Origin: Kiritimatiellia bacterium
GTDB lineage: Bacteria; Verrucomicrobiota; Kiritimatiellia; RFP12; UBA1067
Direction: 5' to 3'
DNA: 35,838 bases
Assembly: GCA_045540275.1 (NCBI GenBank)
Contig: JAZQGX010000297.1
Coordinates: forward strand, 1-35,838
Under the pieces are notes generated by a model. The model worked only from the letters and a program-made list of their open reading frames with translations, was not told the origin of the DNA and ran no database searches. Of this stretch, positions 1 to 8,987 are shown piece by piece. Within the stretch, counting starts at the first letter, position 1. Each line of letters opens with the position of its first letter. A program made the position numbers and the translations under genes.

Positions 1-671
1 TGGAACTGCTGATGGTGATTGTCATCATCGGCATTCTCTCGGCATTGACCGTGCCGGCGGTTACCGGCGGAGACATGACGCGCGTGAAATCTGCTTCACG
101 CGCGCTTATGCAAATGTCCCGCTATGCCCGCACGATGGCAATATTGCATCAGTGTACGGTTGAGCTGCACATATATCCGGACGGAAAGCTCGTCACCGTT
201 CCGCGCAATAAAGAAGCTCCGGAAGAAAAGGGAGAAGATTCCGGCACCGGCGGCGGCGTTGTCGCCGCTCCGATTGCAGATTCGCAGCGCGGTCAGGGCG
301 GTGCGGATGCGCCGCCTCAGATAAACCCCGATGATCTGGGGGGGACGATGGTCGAGATTGAAGAGGAAAAGCAATTCAAGCGCATTGTCTTCGAACTGGA
401 CGACCGTAATCTCGAGGCCGATTCCTACGAGGAGCAGATCAGAACCCGGGAAGACGATGACGATTCGGAGTCGGATGATGCCGTTTCGGGACAGCCGTGG
501 ATCATTCCATTCGGAGGCAATGGGCGATGCCCCCCGTTTTCAGTAAAAGTGATGAGTTCCGATGACGAGGGGGAGCCTGAACGAGATGCGTTCAGCTTGG
601 ATGTCCGGGTTGACCGGTTCGGTTCGGCAAAGGTGTATGATGAGAAGGATTCGCACAGGGACAGGGATTAG
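1..671 (+). CDS. GspH-like pseudopilin, 5'-truncated at the window edge, with an acidic low-complexity C-terminus
   Basis: The frame-3 translation from nt 3 reads ELLMVIVIIGILSALTVPAV, which is the tail of a prepilin-type N-terminal helix (FTLIELLVVIAIIGIL). The following SASRALMQMSRYARTMAI is GspH/FimT-like. The C-terminal part is D/E-rich (DDDDSESDD). The N-terminus lies outside the window. Confidence 0.55.
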   Translation, partial: ELLMVIVIIGILSALTVPAVTGGDMTRVKSASRALMQMSRYARTMAILHQCTVELHIYPDGKLVTVPRNKEAPEEKGEDSGTGGGVVAAPIADSQRGQGGADAPPQINPDDLGGTMVEIEEEKQFKRIVFELDDRNLEADSYEEQIRTREDDDDSESDDAVSGQPWIIPFGGNGRCPPFSVKVMSSDDEGEPERDAFSLDVRVDRFGSAKVYDEKDSHRDRD

Positions 672-1116
672 CGAAGCGGGTTTTACGCTTATTGAAATTC
701 TCATCGCCACCATAATCCTCTCGATGGGATTGATGGCGCTGATGGGAGGCATGGGCAACTGTGCGCGAATGATGACATTGTCCAAACAGTTTCAGGATGC
801 GCAATTCGTCTTTTCGCTCGGCGACCGCCTTTACCCGGTTCCGCCCGCCGATGAAATCACCGAGCCTGAAGAGGACGAGCGGCTCAATATCGAAGAGGTG
901 AGCGCCGAGGAAATGATAGACGAGCTCGAGCTGGAGATGCCCAACAAAACCCGCCGTCTTTACGCCAATTACCGTTTTTCGCGTTCGGTTGACGAGAAGG
1001 AACTGGATGCGACCGATTTCGACGACGGCTTGTATGTGTTGCGCACCGTAATTGTCTGGGGAGACTCCGAAGAGGAGCGCGAGGAACTAGTCAGATTGAT
1101 CAGGAAGCGCCGTTAA
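637..1116 (+). CDS. GspI-like minor pseudopilin with a prepilin-type N-terminus
   Basis: MMRRIRTGTGISEAGFTLIEILIATIILSMGLMAL carries the G-FTLIE prepilin cleavage/methylation motif. The protein is about 160 aa. The ORF-track start at 562 overlaps the upstream gene, so I take the internal ATG at 637/640. Confidence 0.55.
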   Translation: MMRRIRTGTGISEAGFTLIEILIATIILSMGLMALMGGMGNCARMMTLSKQFQDAQFVFSLGDRLYPVPPADEITEPEEDERLNIEEVSAEEMIDELELEMPNKTRRLYANYRFSRSVDEKELDATDFDDGLYVLRTVIVWGDSEEEREELVRLIRKRR

Positions 1117-1117
1117 A

Positions 1118-2014
1118 ATGAAAAAGGCATTCACATTGCTTGAACTTATGATGGCCATAATGATCCTTTCGATCATGTTGCTGCTGTCGTTCATCTGTTT
1201 CAATGCAGTGGTCAGCAGCTGGACGGCCGGACGCGAAATGTCCGATTCGCTTTCCCAGGGCGATTACGTCATGAATCAAATCGAATCGGCTCTGCGCAGC
1301 GCCTATTTTTCGATGAACGTCGAAAAGGAGTTCGAGCGCGGATTCATTTTCAAGAAGAACGGCGAAGAGGCCGACGCCCGCGACGTTCTCGAGTGGATGA
1401 AGCTTGGACGCGCATTCGTCGGAACGATGAAGGACACCGACGGTAAAACCGAACTTGCTGAAACTCCCCACCGCGTACGACTTTTCGTCCGCGACGAAAG
1501 CTCGTGGGAAAGCAAGAATGCCGAAGAGGGGTTTGGACTTTTCGCCAAGGCCTGGTGCAACGATTTCCGCGATGAAAACGAAACGGAAGAGGAACGCGAA
1601 GAGGCGATTCGCGAATATTTGATTTCACCCCGTGTAATCGCGCTCGATTGCAAAGTTCTCAAGGAGCCTCCGCCGGAAAACGCCAAGGAGGTGGAATGGG
1701 AGACCGAATGGACCAGTTCCAACGCTCTGCCCTACAAAGTATCGGTTACGCTTTACCTCAAGCCCGCGCAGGACGACGGCGATCCCATCATCCTTACGCG
1801 CGACATCGAAATACCCGTATGGAAATATTCACAGAATCCCGGTGAGGCGGGCAAGAGCACGGGCAAGGGGGGCGGCAAGTCCCAAGGCGGAAAATCCGAG
1901 GCCGGCACCACGGGAGCGGCATCAGGACCCGGCAGCGGTAGGCGCCCCGGCGGTCAGCCCGGTCCGGGAGGTCCCAGCGGTCCCGGTCCGGGAGGCGGAG
2001 GGATGATGCGATGA
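1118..2014 (+). CDS. GspJ-like minor pseudopilin with a Gly/Pro/Ser-rich C-terminal tail
   Basis: MKKAFTLLELMMAIMILSIMLLL is a prepilin-type N-terminus. The start lies 1 nt after the upstream stop. The C-terminal ~60 aa are low complexity (GKGGGKSQGGKSEAG...PGPGGPSGPGPGGGG). Confidence 0.55.
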   Translation: MKKAFTLLELMMAIMILSIMLLLSFICFNAVVSSWTAGREMSDSLSQGDYVMNQIESALRSAYFSMNVEKEFERGFIFKKNGEEADARDVLEWMKLGRAFVGTMKDTDGKTELAETPHRVRLFVRDESSWESKNAEEGFGLFAKAWCNDFRDENETEEEREEAIREYLISPRVIALDCKVLKEPPPENAKEVEWETEWTSSNALPYKVSVTLYLKPAQDDGDPIILTRDIEIPVWKYSQNPGEAGKSTGKGGGKSQGGKSEAGTTGAASGPGSGRRPGGQPGPGGPSGPGPGGGGMMR

Positions 2015-3240
2015 ACAAACGCAAGTCTTCAGCCCGGCGCGGCGCCGCGATGATCATCTCAATCTGGACGATTGCGATACTTTCTCTTCTTGTGCTCTCG
2101 TTTGCGTTGGATGCCAAGCTTGAAGGAAAGATCGATATGTACGTGCGCAACCGTCGCCACGTCGACCATTTGACCCAATCGGGCATCGCTATCGCCGAAA
2201 TGATTCTGTTCGATTACAAAAATGCAAGTTCCTCGACCGAGAACCAGGGAAGCGGTTTGAGTGGCAATTCGAAATCCGGGGCGGGAAAATCCGCATCCGG
2301 CGGCAGCGGTGGCGCGAAAGACAGCGGCGTCAGCAAAACCGCGGGCAACGGGGAAGAGGATGAGAACGAGGATCCCTGGCTGTTGCAGAAGCTCGATTTG
2401 CAGCATGGCAAGTGTCAGATCGTCAATTATCCGGTCGACGCCGACCATCCCGAGAGCGGAACGGTTTCCGTGACCATCGAGTCGGCGGATGCCAACAAGT
2501 GGCCGATTAACCGGCTGGAAAAAAACGACACCTCGGATTTGATCTGGGAGGCGATACTCACATTGATGGGGCTTCCCATGGAATATCACGAAGAGATCAT
2601 CGACAGCTGGTATGACTGGCGCGATGCCGACAACACGGTGACGGGGCGCAACGGGGCAGAAGATGAATTTTATTCCGATCTGGAAATGCCGTATCGTCCC
2701 CGCAACAACGAGATATCTTCGGTCGAGGAACTGACCAAGATCCGCGGCATCCGCGACCACCTTGCCGTATTCGATCCCGGTAGCTATGACAACGGTCTTT
2801 ACAACCCGGAAGAGCGCGACAAGAAAAAACAGATTAAACTTGCATACGGTTTAAAAGATTTCTTTGATATTTGGGGCGAAAATGTTAAAATAAATGTCAA
2901 TTCTGCGCCTAAACACATCTTGTTGTCCGTTCCGGGGATGGAGGGTGACGAGGAATTGGTTTCAGCCATCATCCAGGAGCGGGAGTCCGGTGAAAATCGC
3001 GATGACCGATATTCGAACGATGATGCGGTGCAGAGTACGTATTTCTCCGATTGGAGTGATTTGAATTCCCGTATTCCCGGAATTCCGACCACGTGCGAAG
3101 GCTATTTGTCGTATTCGCCAGAGTCGTACTTCAGGATTAGGGTTACCGGAAACTCCGCGGGGGTGACGCATACCATTGAAGCGGTGGCGGCGGTTGTGGA
3201 TACGGAGATTCGGTATTTACGGTGGCGTGAGGATCCATAA
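2011..3240 (+). CDS. GspK-like minor pseudopilin
   Basis: RRGAAMIISIWTIAILSLLVLSFAL matches the GspK N-terminal pattern (RG.ALi.VLW.iaLL). The C-terminal LLSVPGMEGDEELVSAIIQER resembles the GspK helix-hairpin-helix/SAM-like region. It overlaps the upstream stop in an ATGA arrangement. There is a G/S-rich insertion (GSGLSGNSKSGAGKSASGGSGGAKDSG). Confidence 0.55.
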   Translation: MNKRKSSARRGAAMIISIWTIAILSLLVLSFALDAKLEGKIDMYVRNRRHVDHLTQSGIAIAEMILFDYKNASSSTENQGSGLSGNSKSGAGKSASGGSGGAKDSGVSKTAGNGEEDENEDPWLLQKLDLQHGKCQIVNYPVDADHPESGTVSVTIESADANKWPINRLEKNDTSDLIWEAILTLMGLPMEYHEEIIDSWYDWRDADNTVTGRNGAEDEFYSDLEMPYRPRNNEISSVEELTKIRGIRDHLAVFDPGSYDNGLYNPEERDKKKQIKLAYGLKDFFDIWGENVKINVNSAPKHILLSVPGMEGDEELVSAIIQERESGENRDDRYSNDDAVQSTYFSDWSDLNSRIPGIPTTCEGYLSYSPESYFRIRVTGNSAGVTHTIEAVAAVVDTEIRYLRWREDP

Positions 3241-3248
3241 GTTTTCAG

Positions 3249-4772
3249 ATGACAGCGAACGAGACAGCGGTTTTAGTGATAGAAGGCGACATGCTTCGCG
3301 GCATTGTCGGCGAGTTGCGTGCCACCGGCGAGGTGGTAAGACGCAAAAGCGCCTCTTGGAGCATGGTTGACGGCTCCGTTTCCGGCGACGGCAATCCGTC
3401 GGAAAACATCATGCCGTCCCCGGTCAAAGCGGTCGATGATTCAGCAAGTGCGGCGGCGAACGGCGATTCGCAGGCATTAACCTTCGGCGCAAATGACCCG
3501 GCCAGCATCCAGTTGGAGGTCAGCTCTGACGACACACCGCGCGTGCGCGCGTTCCGCGCGGCTCGCGAAGAGCTAGGCGTCCCACGCGTAATTTTGGGCA
3601 TCCCTATGTCGCGCCTGATTGTCCAGGTGCTTCGTCTCCCGGTCGACGTGCGCGAGAATCTGGCTTCGGTGGTGTCATTGCAGCTGGAGAAGAAATCCCC
3701 CTGCACCGCCGATGAGATGACGGTTGGTTATGAGATTTTGAGCGAGTTCGAGGATTCGCTGATTGTGTTGGCCGCGGGATTTCCCAACAGTGAGGCGGAT
3801 GACATCATCGCCGATGCCGAACTGGCGGGGCTGGAAATTACGCGTGTTGACATTCCGCTGCTGGGGTGGTTCCGCACCATGTACGCCAGCTCCAATCTGA
3901 TGGCTCAGGGCCGGAAGGCCGTCCTCTCCAAGATGAACGCGGACTGGAATATCCAGGTGCTGCAGGACGGAATTCCCTGTTTCGCCCGCACCATCGGCAG
4001 TATTTCGCCGACCGCGCTTCCTCGCGAAATCTATCTCTCGATACTGGAGGCGGAGGAAATTTACAGCAAGGACGAAGTAGGGGAGATCATTCTCTTTTCG
4101 CCGTCCGACCACACCCCGGCTGAAAGCGTCGCCGGCGAAATCGCCGAAAGACTGAAGACGTTTCTCGATGTTCCGGTCCGCGGAGTCGTCTCGTCCGACT
4201 GCTATCTGAGTTGCGACGGCCTTTTGATTCGCGCTTTCGAAAAGATGACTTTGGATCTGACTCCCGAGGCGTGGAAGCAGGCGCGGTATGCCAGAGTCGT
4301 CGGCAACCGGGTGAAAATGATCTCAATCACCGTCTCTTCAATCGCCGTGGCGGCACTTGCGGTTCTGCTGGCAGCGCCTCTCGTTTTCGGGATGCTCGCC
4401 GACAGACAGCGCAAAATCAGCACCAGTCACTATGTCGCCTACAAAAAGGTTTCCAATACTCGCGAGAAGGTCAAGCTGATTGAGTCGTATACCGATCGTT
4501 CAAGTTCCGCTTTGGAGATGCTGAAAATCGTCAGCGAGTCGATTACACCGGGTATTACCCTGACCTCGTTCTCTTACCGCCGGCAGGATTCGGTTAAAAT
4601 CTCCGCCGAGGCGGATACATCGGCCGAGGTGTATTCCTTCAAAGACAAGTTGTCGGAGAAAACCGTTTTCGGTACCGTCAATCTCTCCGGACCATCATCG
4701 ACGAGAAACGGAAAGTTCCGTTTCGAGATCAATGCGTTTTTCAAGAATTCGGAGGATGACAAGAAAAAATGA
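3249..4772 (+). CDS. GspL / fused PilM-PilN-like inner-membrane platform protein
   Basis: The product is 507 aa. It has an N-terminal ~350-aa cytoplasmic, probably actin-like, domain, one TM helix (ISITVSSIAVAALAVLLAAPLVFGML) and a ~130-aa periplasmic C-terminal domain. It lies between the pseudopilin genes and the secretin. Confidence 0.5.
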   Translation: MTANETAVLVIEGDMLRGIVGELRATGEVVRRKSASWSMVDGSVSGDGNPSENIMPSPVKAVDDSASAAANGDSQALTFGANDPASIQLEVSSDDTPRVRAFRAAREELGVPRVILGIPMSRLIVQVLRLPVDVRENLASVVSLQLEKKSPCTADEMTVGYEILSEFEDSLIVLAAGFPNSEADDIIADAELAGLEITRVDIPLLGWFRTMYASSNLMAQGRKAVLSKMNADWNIQVLQDGIPCFARTIGSISPTALPREIYLSILEAEEIYSKDEVGEIILFSPSDHTPAESVAGEIAERLKTFLDVPVRGVVSSDCYLSCDGLLIRAFEKMTLDLTPEAWKQARYARVVGNRVKMISITVSSIAVAALAVLLAAPLVFGMLADRQRKISTSHYVAYKKVSNTREKVKLIESYTDRSSSALEMLKIVSESITPGITLTSFSYRRQDSVKISAEADTSAEVYSFKDKLSEKTVFGTVNLSGPSSTRNGKFRFEINAFFKNSEDDKKK

Positions 4773-5302
4773 ATGCTTTGAATTCAGTGAACGACAAGGG
4801 GAAGCTTTTTATCTTGATGGCGCTGATGCTTTGCGGCGTTGCGGTCTTTGCGTATAAACCCCAGATGGAAAAAATCAAGGCGAAGCAAAAAGAGTATCGC
4901 AATGCGGTGGCAAAGGTCGAAAAGGAAAGAAAACTGATTTCCGAAAGCAAAAGCTGGGAGGCGAAGTATGAAAAGTCGGCGGCATTGATGCCGGTCTTTT
5001 CGGCGGAGCAGGCGGTGGACACTCATTGGCTTGGCGTAATGGACTCGCTGGCGGTTTCCAACCACGTCGAGATTGCCAAACGGCAGGTCGGCAAGGAGAT
5101 TGAGGTCGGTGACGTGTTCGAGTTCCCGGTGGACTGCAAGGATTGGGAGGCAACGCTCAAATCGACAGTCGATTTTCTTTGGGCGCTCAATGCGGCGGGG
5201 GCGATGCTGGATATCCGCCAGCTGTACATTCGCCCCATCAACAACAAGCCGGGTTACCTGCGCGGGCAGTTTACTTTGAATTGCGCTTACATGCGTGATT
5301 GA
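4769..5302 (+). CDS. GspM / PilO-like bitopic membrane protein
   Basis: The product is 177 aa with an N-terminal TM segment (LFILMALMLCGVAVFAY), then a coiled coil (KIKAKQKEYRNAVAKVEKERK) and a small periplasmic domain. It overlaps the upstream gene in an ATGA arrangement and sits immediately before the secretin. Confidence 0.45.
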   Translation: MNALNSVNDKGKLFILMALMLCGVAVFAYKPQMEKIKAKQKEYRNAVAKVEKERKLISESKSWEAKYEKSAALMPVFSAEQAVDTHWLGVMDSLAVSNHVEIAKRQVGKEIEVGDVFEFPVDCKDWEATLKSTVDFLWALNAAGAMLDIRQLYIRPINNKPGYLRGQFTLNCAYMRD

Positions 5303-5325
5303 TATCAGGAGTTTTCGAGAGGAGC

Positions 5326-8088
5326 ATGATGAAATCTAATATGAAAAATGCATTTACAATCGCGCTGATTGCGTTGATGTGCGCGCACACGGTTTTTGCG
5401 CAGGAGGCGAGAAAATCTCCGCTGGAGCGTTTGCGCGCCCGCCGTGCGAATTCGTTTGCGCGCCCGGGCGGCGTGGTCAGACCAGGAGCAAACGCGCAGC
5501 AGGGCGGAGCGCCGGATGCCGGTGCCGGCAATGTTCCGATGGCTCCCAATACCGTCAAGCATTTCGGCGATCAGGTTGAGGACGACACTAAGACCACAAT
5601 GCCCGCTTTGAAATTCGAGCAGTCCGATGCGGTTTTTTTGATGGAGGCCTATGCTCAGGAAGTCGGTCGCACCTTGTTGCTGGCACCCGATCTGCCGAAA
5701 GTGACCGGCATAACCCTTCGCAGCCAGAAGGGAGTGCCGCTGACCCGCCAGGAATATCTTGAAGCTATCGAGGCGGCGCTGGGCATGAATGGAATTTCGC
5801 TTCAGCCTTACGGCGACAAGTTTCTGAAGGCGGTTCAATCCAAGACCATCCGAACCAGCGGAATTTCCATCAATATGGAGAAACCCGAAGGGGGGCATCC
5901 CGAAAAAGGGCGCGTGGTCAGCCAGATGATTCAGCTGAAAAATATCGCCATTGAAGAGGCGCAGAAAGCGCTGGACGGGTTCAAGAGCATCAACGGTTTG
6001 ATTCAGGCTTTCGAACGCACCAACAGTCTGCTGGTCACCGACGTGCAGGAAAATATCAACCGGATGCTTGAAATCGTCCGTTTCATCGATCAGGCGGTTC
6101 CTGTTACCGAAGAGGTTCATGTCCGTCTTATCGCCCATGCAAAGGCCGAGGAGATTAAAACGGTTCTGATGGATATCGTCGAGGAGTCTCAGCGCCAGAC
6201 CAGCAAGAAGGAAGAGGTCAAACCTTCGTCATCGGGGGCGCCGGGGATGCAGCGGGTCAATCCCAGCGGTTCGTCTACCGCTTCCAGACTGCGAAGCGCA
6301 TTGCGTTCGCGCGACTCGCAGAATGCAAATACGGTTACGCCCAATGCTAATATCGAAACGCTGATGGCGGATGCCGAGCGCGGAATGATCCGCGGCAAGG
6401 TGCAGATCATCGCGGACGAGCGCTCCAATCAGCTGATTATCATCACCCGCAAGGAAAACATGAATTTCTTTGATAAGATAATCACCGTGCTTGACATCGA
6501 AACCACTCCGGAGGTCAAGGTCGAGGTCCGCCGTCTGGAGTTTGCCGATGCCGAAGAAGTCGCGCAGATGCTCAATGATCTTATTGGCAATTCCTCCTCG
6601 ACGTCGAGCAAAAATTCGAATTCGTCGAACCGCAATTCCAGCAGTTCGTCGGGCGACAATTACAACCAGCAGGGCTCTCGCCGGGTCGGACCGGGCGGAC
6701 GCAGCTCTTCGCTCTCCGATGCCGCCGCGGCGGCGGGAAATTCCTCCAGCCGCGCTGTCGGTAGCGAGGAGGTCGCCAAACTCGGAAAGATTACAAAAGA
6801 CGATATCAATATTCTTTCGGACAAGCGCACGAACGCAATCGTCATGATGGGGCGTCCGGCCGCGATCAAGGCGATTATCGAAGTGATCGACAGCATGGAT
6901 ATCCAGCTTGCCCAGGTTTTGATTGAAACCGTCGTCGTTCAGGTTTCGCTCGGCGACGAATTGCAGACTGGCATTGATTGGATCAAGAGCGGTCGCGACA
7001 GGGGAGCACGCAGCTCAACCCGGTTCAATAATGGCGATGCCCTAGGCGGCGGCGGAGGCACGCTCAACAGCAAGCTCAATTCATTCCTGGGCTTCGGCGA
7101 TAAGACGACCGGCTCAAATGTGGTCGAGGTCGCTTCCGACGCGGTCGCCACCTTCTTCGGTAAAGGCTTGAATTATTTCCTCAAGTCGGACAAGCTTCAG
7201 ATCGAGGCGGTTATTCAGGCGGCGAAATCCGACAGCCGCGCCAAGGTGCTCTCGTCGCCGATTTTGATGACCGTCGACAACAAGGAAGCTACGATCGAGG
7301 CAACCGACATGCGCTATCTGTACAAAGGCGTGCGCTATTCCGGATCGTCCTACAACGGCACCGAAGTTCCAGACTACGAACAGCGCGACATTGGTCTGAC
7401 GGTCAAAGTGACCCCCAGGATCAGCCCCAACGGCAATGTCATGCTCACGGTCGAGGAGACCTTCGAAACGATCGGTGCCAACCAGACCATTGGCGGCGAA
7501 TCGTATCCGACGGTGACCACAAGAAAACTTCAGGCCGACATCTCTCTGCAGAATATGCAGACGGTCGTTCTCGGCGGTTTGGTGCAGAACGACGAAAAGA
7601 ACGAAGAAGGGGGAATTCCGATTCTGAAGGATATTCCGGTAATCGGCAAGTACCTTTTCGGCTCGACGGCGAGAAGCTCCAACCGCTCCGAATTGCTGGT
7701 GTTCATGACCCCTTACGTCTTCAACGATCCCGAATCGCTGCAGCGCGAGGCTTTGCGCCGCAAGGGTGCGCTTTCCGATTCCCGTCCCTGGATCGACAAC
7801 GGATGGTCTGCCAGCAAGGTGGCCGACCAGCTTTCAATGAGCGAAAAGCTCCGCCGGCAGAAGGATATCTGGCACGAGGAGGACAAGGACCACCGCGCCG
7901 AACGCGAATATGATCGCGCCATCAAGATGCGCAAGGAACAGCTTCGCCGCCGGGCGGAAAAGGAGGCGAAAGAGGCGCTGAAGGAGATGCACCGCAAGGG
8001 AGGCGTCGAAGATAAGCCGGCGGTAAAAGCAGAAGAGGCGTGGGTGACCGGGGTCACCACCTCGCAAACCACGCGGGTAATCAAATGA
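5326..8088 (+). CDS. Secretin of the GspD/PilQ family, with a Ser/Asn-rich linker and a charged C-terminal extension
   Basis: The signal peptide is MMKSNMKNAFTIALIALMCAHTVFAQEA. The secretin-domain hallmarks VLSSPILMTVDNKEATIEA and GGIPILKDIPVIGKYLFGSTARSSNRSELLVFMTPYV are present. There is an S/N-rich tract (SSSTSSKNSNSSNRNSSSSSG). The last ~130 aa form a K/E/R-rich coiled-coil-like extension. The start is ambiguous between 5326, 5329 and 5341. Confidence 0.85.
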   Translation: MMKSNMKNAFTIALIALMCAHTVFAQEARKSPLERLRARRANSFARPGGVVRPGANAQQGGAPDAGAGNVPMAPNTVKHFGDQVEDDTKTTMPALKFEQSDAVFLMEAYAQEVGRTLLLAPDLPKVTGITLRSQKGVPLTRQEYLEAIEAALGMNGISLQPYGDKFLKAVQSKTIRTSGISINMEKPEGGHPEKGRVVSQMIQLKNIAIEEAQKALDGFKSINGLIQAFERTNSLLVTDVQENINRMLEIVRFIDQAVPVTEEVHVRLIAHAKAEEIKTVLMDIVEESQRQTSKKEEVKPSSSGAPGMQRVNPSGSSTASRLRSALRSRDSQNANTVTPNANIETLMADAERGMIRGKVQIIADERSNQLIIITRKENMNFFDKIITVLDIETTPEVKVEVRRLEFADAEEVAQMLNDLIGNSSSTSSKNSNSSNRNSSSSSGDNYNQQGSRRVGPGGRSSSLSDAAAAAGNSSSRAVGSEEVAKLGKITKDDINILSDKRTNAIVMMGRPAAIKAIIEVIDSMDIQLAQVLIETVVVQVSLGDELQTGIDWIKSGRDRGARSSTRFNNGDALGGGGGTLNSKLNSFLGFGDKTTGSNVVEVASDAVATFFGKGLNYFLKSDKLQIEAVIQAAKSDSRAKVLSSPILMTVDNKEATIEATDMRYLYKGVRYSGSSYNGTEVPDYEQRDIGLTVKVTPRISPNGNVMLTVEETFETIGANQTIGGESYPTVTTRKLQADISLQNMQTVVLGGLVQNDEKNEEGGIPILKDIPVIGKYLFGSTARSSNRSELLVFMTPYVFNDPESLQREALRRKGALSDSRPWIDNGWSASKVADQLSMSEKLRRQKDIWHEEDKDHRAEREYDRAIKMRKEQLRRRAEKEAKEALKEMHRKGGVEDKPAVKAEEAWVTGVTTSQTTRVIK

Positions 8089-8122
8089 CCGATATTCGGC
8101 AATTTCAACTTTGCACCGCTGG

Positions 8123-8153
8123 GCGGCACGAATACATTTCGTGCCGCTTTTTT
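8123..8153 (+). terminator. Rho-independent terminator after the secretin gene
   Basis: Stem GCGGCACGAA (8123-8132), loop TACAT, stem TTCGTGCCGC (8138-8147), then TTTTTT. Confidence 0.55.
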
Positions 8154-8285
8154 CGTCTTCTGAAAGCTGGAAACTGGAGTATGCCACTTTTTTGTTTTTA
8201 CGGTGATATTTGCATATAAATCAGCGTTGAAAAATGGTATAGTTGTTTAGTTTCATCAAGGTATTGTCACACAGATTGTTCAGGG

Positions 8286-8987
8286 ATGGATTTGCAGATG
8301 AAAAGAAGCGAAATTAACCGAGCGCTGAAGGAGCTGGAAGCGATGTGCAAAAAGCATTGTTGCTACCTGCCGCCTTTTTGCAGTTTTACACCGAAGGATT
8401 GGGCGGAGAAGGGACATGAGTACGACGAAGTGCGCGAATGCATGCTCGGTTGGGATATAACCGATTACGGTATGGGCGATTTCGACAGGATGGGCTTTTC
8501 CCTGATTACGATTCGAAACGGCAACCGCAAAGACCCCGACAGGTATCCCAAGGTCTACGCCGAGAAGCTGCTGTATCTCAAGGAAGGACAGTACGCGCCC
8601 AACCATTTCCACTGGTACAAGACTGAAGATATTATCAATCGTGGCGGCGGGAATTGTCTGATTCGCGTTTTCAATTCGCTTCCCGACGAGACGGTCGACC
8701 GCCAATCGCCGGTGACGGTGCATTTGGACGGTCGCAAAGTTGTAGTCCCGGCGGGAACCCAGATTCGCCTGCGCCCGGGAGAATCGATTTTCGTCCAGCA
8801 GTATCTCTATCACGATTTTTCGGTCGAAGAGGGTACGGGCGCCGTTCTTCTCGGCGAAGTTTCGCAGTGTAACGATGACAATAACGACAATCGATTTGAA
8901 CAACCAATAGGGCGCTTCCCAAAAATCGAAGAGGATGAGGAGCCTTACCGTCTTTTGTGCAACGAATATCCTCCTGCGGCAGAATAA
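8286..8987 (+). CDS. D-lyxose/D-mannose ketol-isomerase (cupin, YdaE-like)
   Basis: KRSEIN...LPPF.SF.P.W......E.....LGWD.T.YG...F...G..L.T.RNG........Y...YAEK........Q..P.HFHW.K.EDIINRGGGN...R..NS is colinear with what I recall of the E. coli YdaE-type lyxose isomerase. That includes the HFHWxKxEDIINRGGGN metal-binding cupin core and the C-terminal LCNEY. Confidence 0.7.
   Translation: MDLQMKRSEINRALKELEAMCKKHCCYLPPFCSFTPKDWAEKGHEYDEVRECMLGWDITDYGMGDFDRMGFSLITIRNGNRKDPDRYPKVYAEKLLYLKEGQYAPNHFHWYKTEDIINRGGGNCLIRVFNSLPDETVDRQSPVTVHLDGRKVVVPAGTQIRLRPGESIFVQQYLYHDFSVEEGTGAVLLGEVSQCNDDNNDNRFEQPIGRFPKIEEDEEPYRLLCNEYPPAAE

Noticed and set aside
562-636. The ORF-track start at 562 for the GspI-like gene, and similar upstream extensions at 12401 (RRM), 24256 (exported protein), 5299 (secretin), 29051 (kinase 2) and 28185.
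   Set aside because: These extensions overlap the upstream gene or lack an RBS. In each case an internal ATG sits just before the recognisable N-terminal feature (prepilin helix, RNP2, signal peptide) and is usually preceded by a GGAG-type RBS.
1850-2010. Whether the Gly/Pro-rich tail of the GspJ-like protein is a collagen-like or PE-PGRS-like domain.
   Set aside because: There is no regular G-X-Y triplet periodicity over more than a few units. It is simply low-complexity G/P/S/K sequence.
5305-6138. A 277-aa - strand ORF inside the secretin gene. Similar long antisense ORFs occur at 1303-1722, 2059-2760, 13297-14076, 18841-19686 and 29923-30618.
   Set aside because: All lie antisense to ORFs that carry strong, specific family motifs (secretin, pseudopilin, GT4, SPFH, kinase). 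All are low-complexity and Arg/Ser/Ala-rich, which is typical of antisense frames in GC-rich DNA.
8160-8285. A promoter for the lyxose isomerase gene in the 8150-8285 spacer (TTGAAA..TATAGT-like hexamers).
   Set aside because: The best hexamer pair has a 5-nt spacer and the alternatives are weak. Without transcript data I cannot support a specific call.
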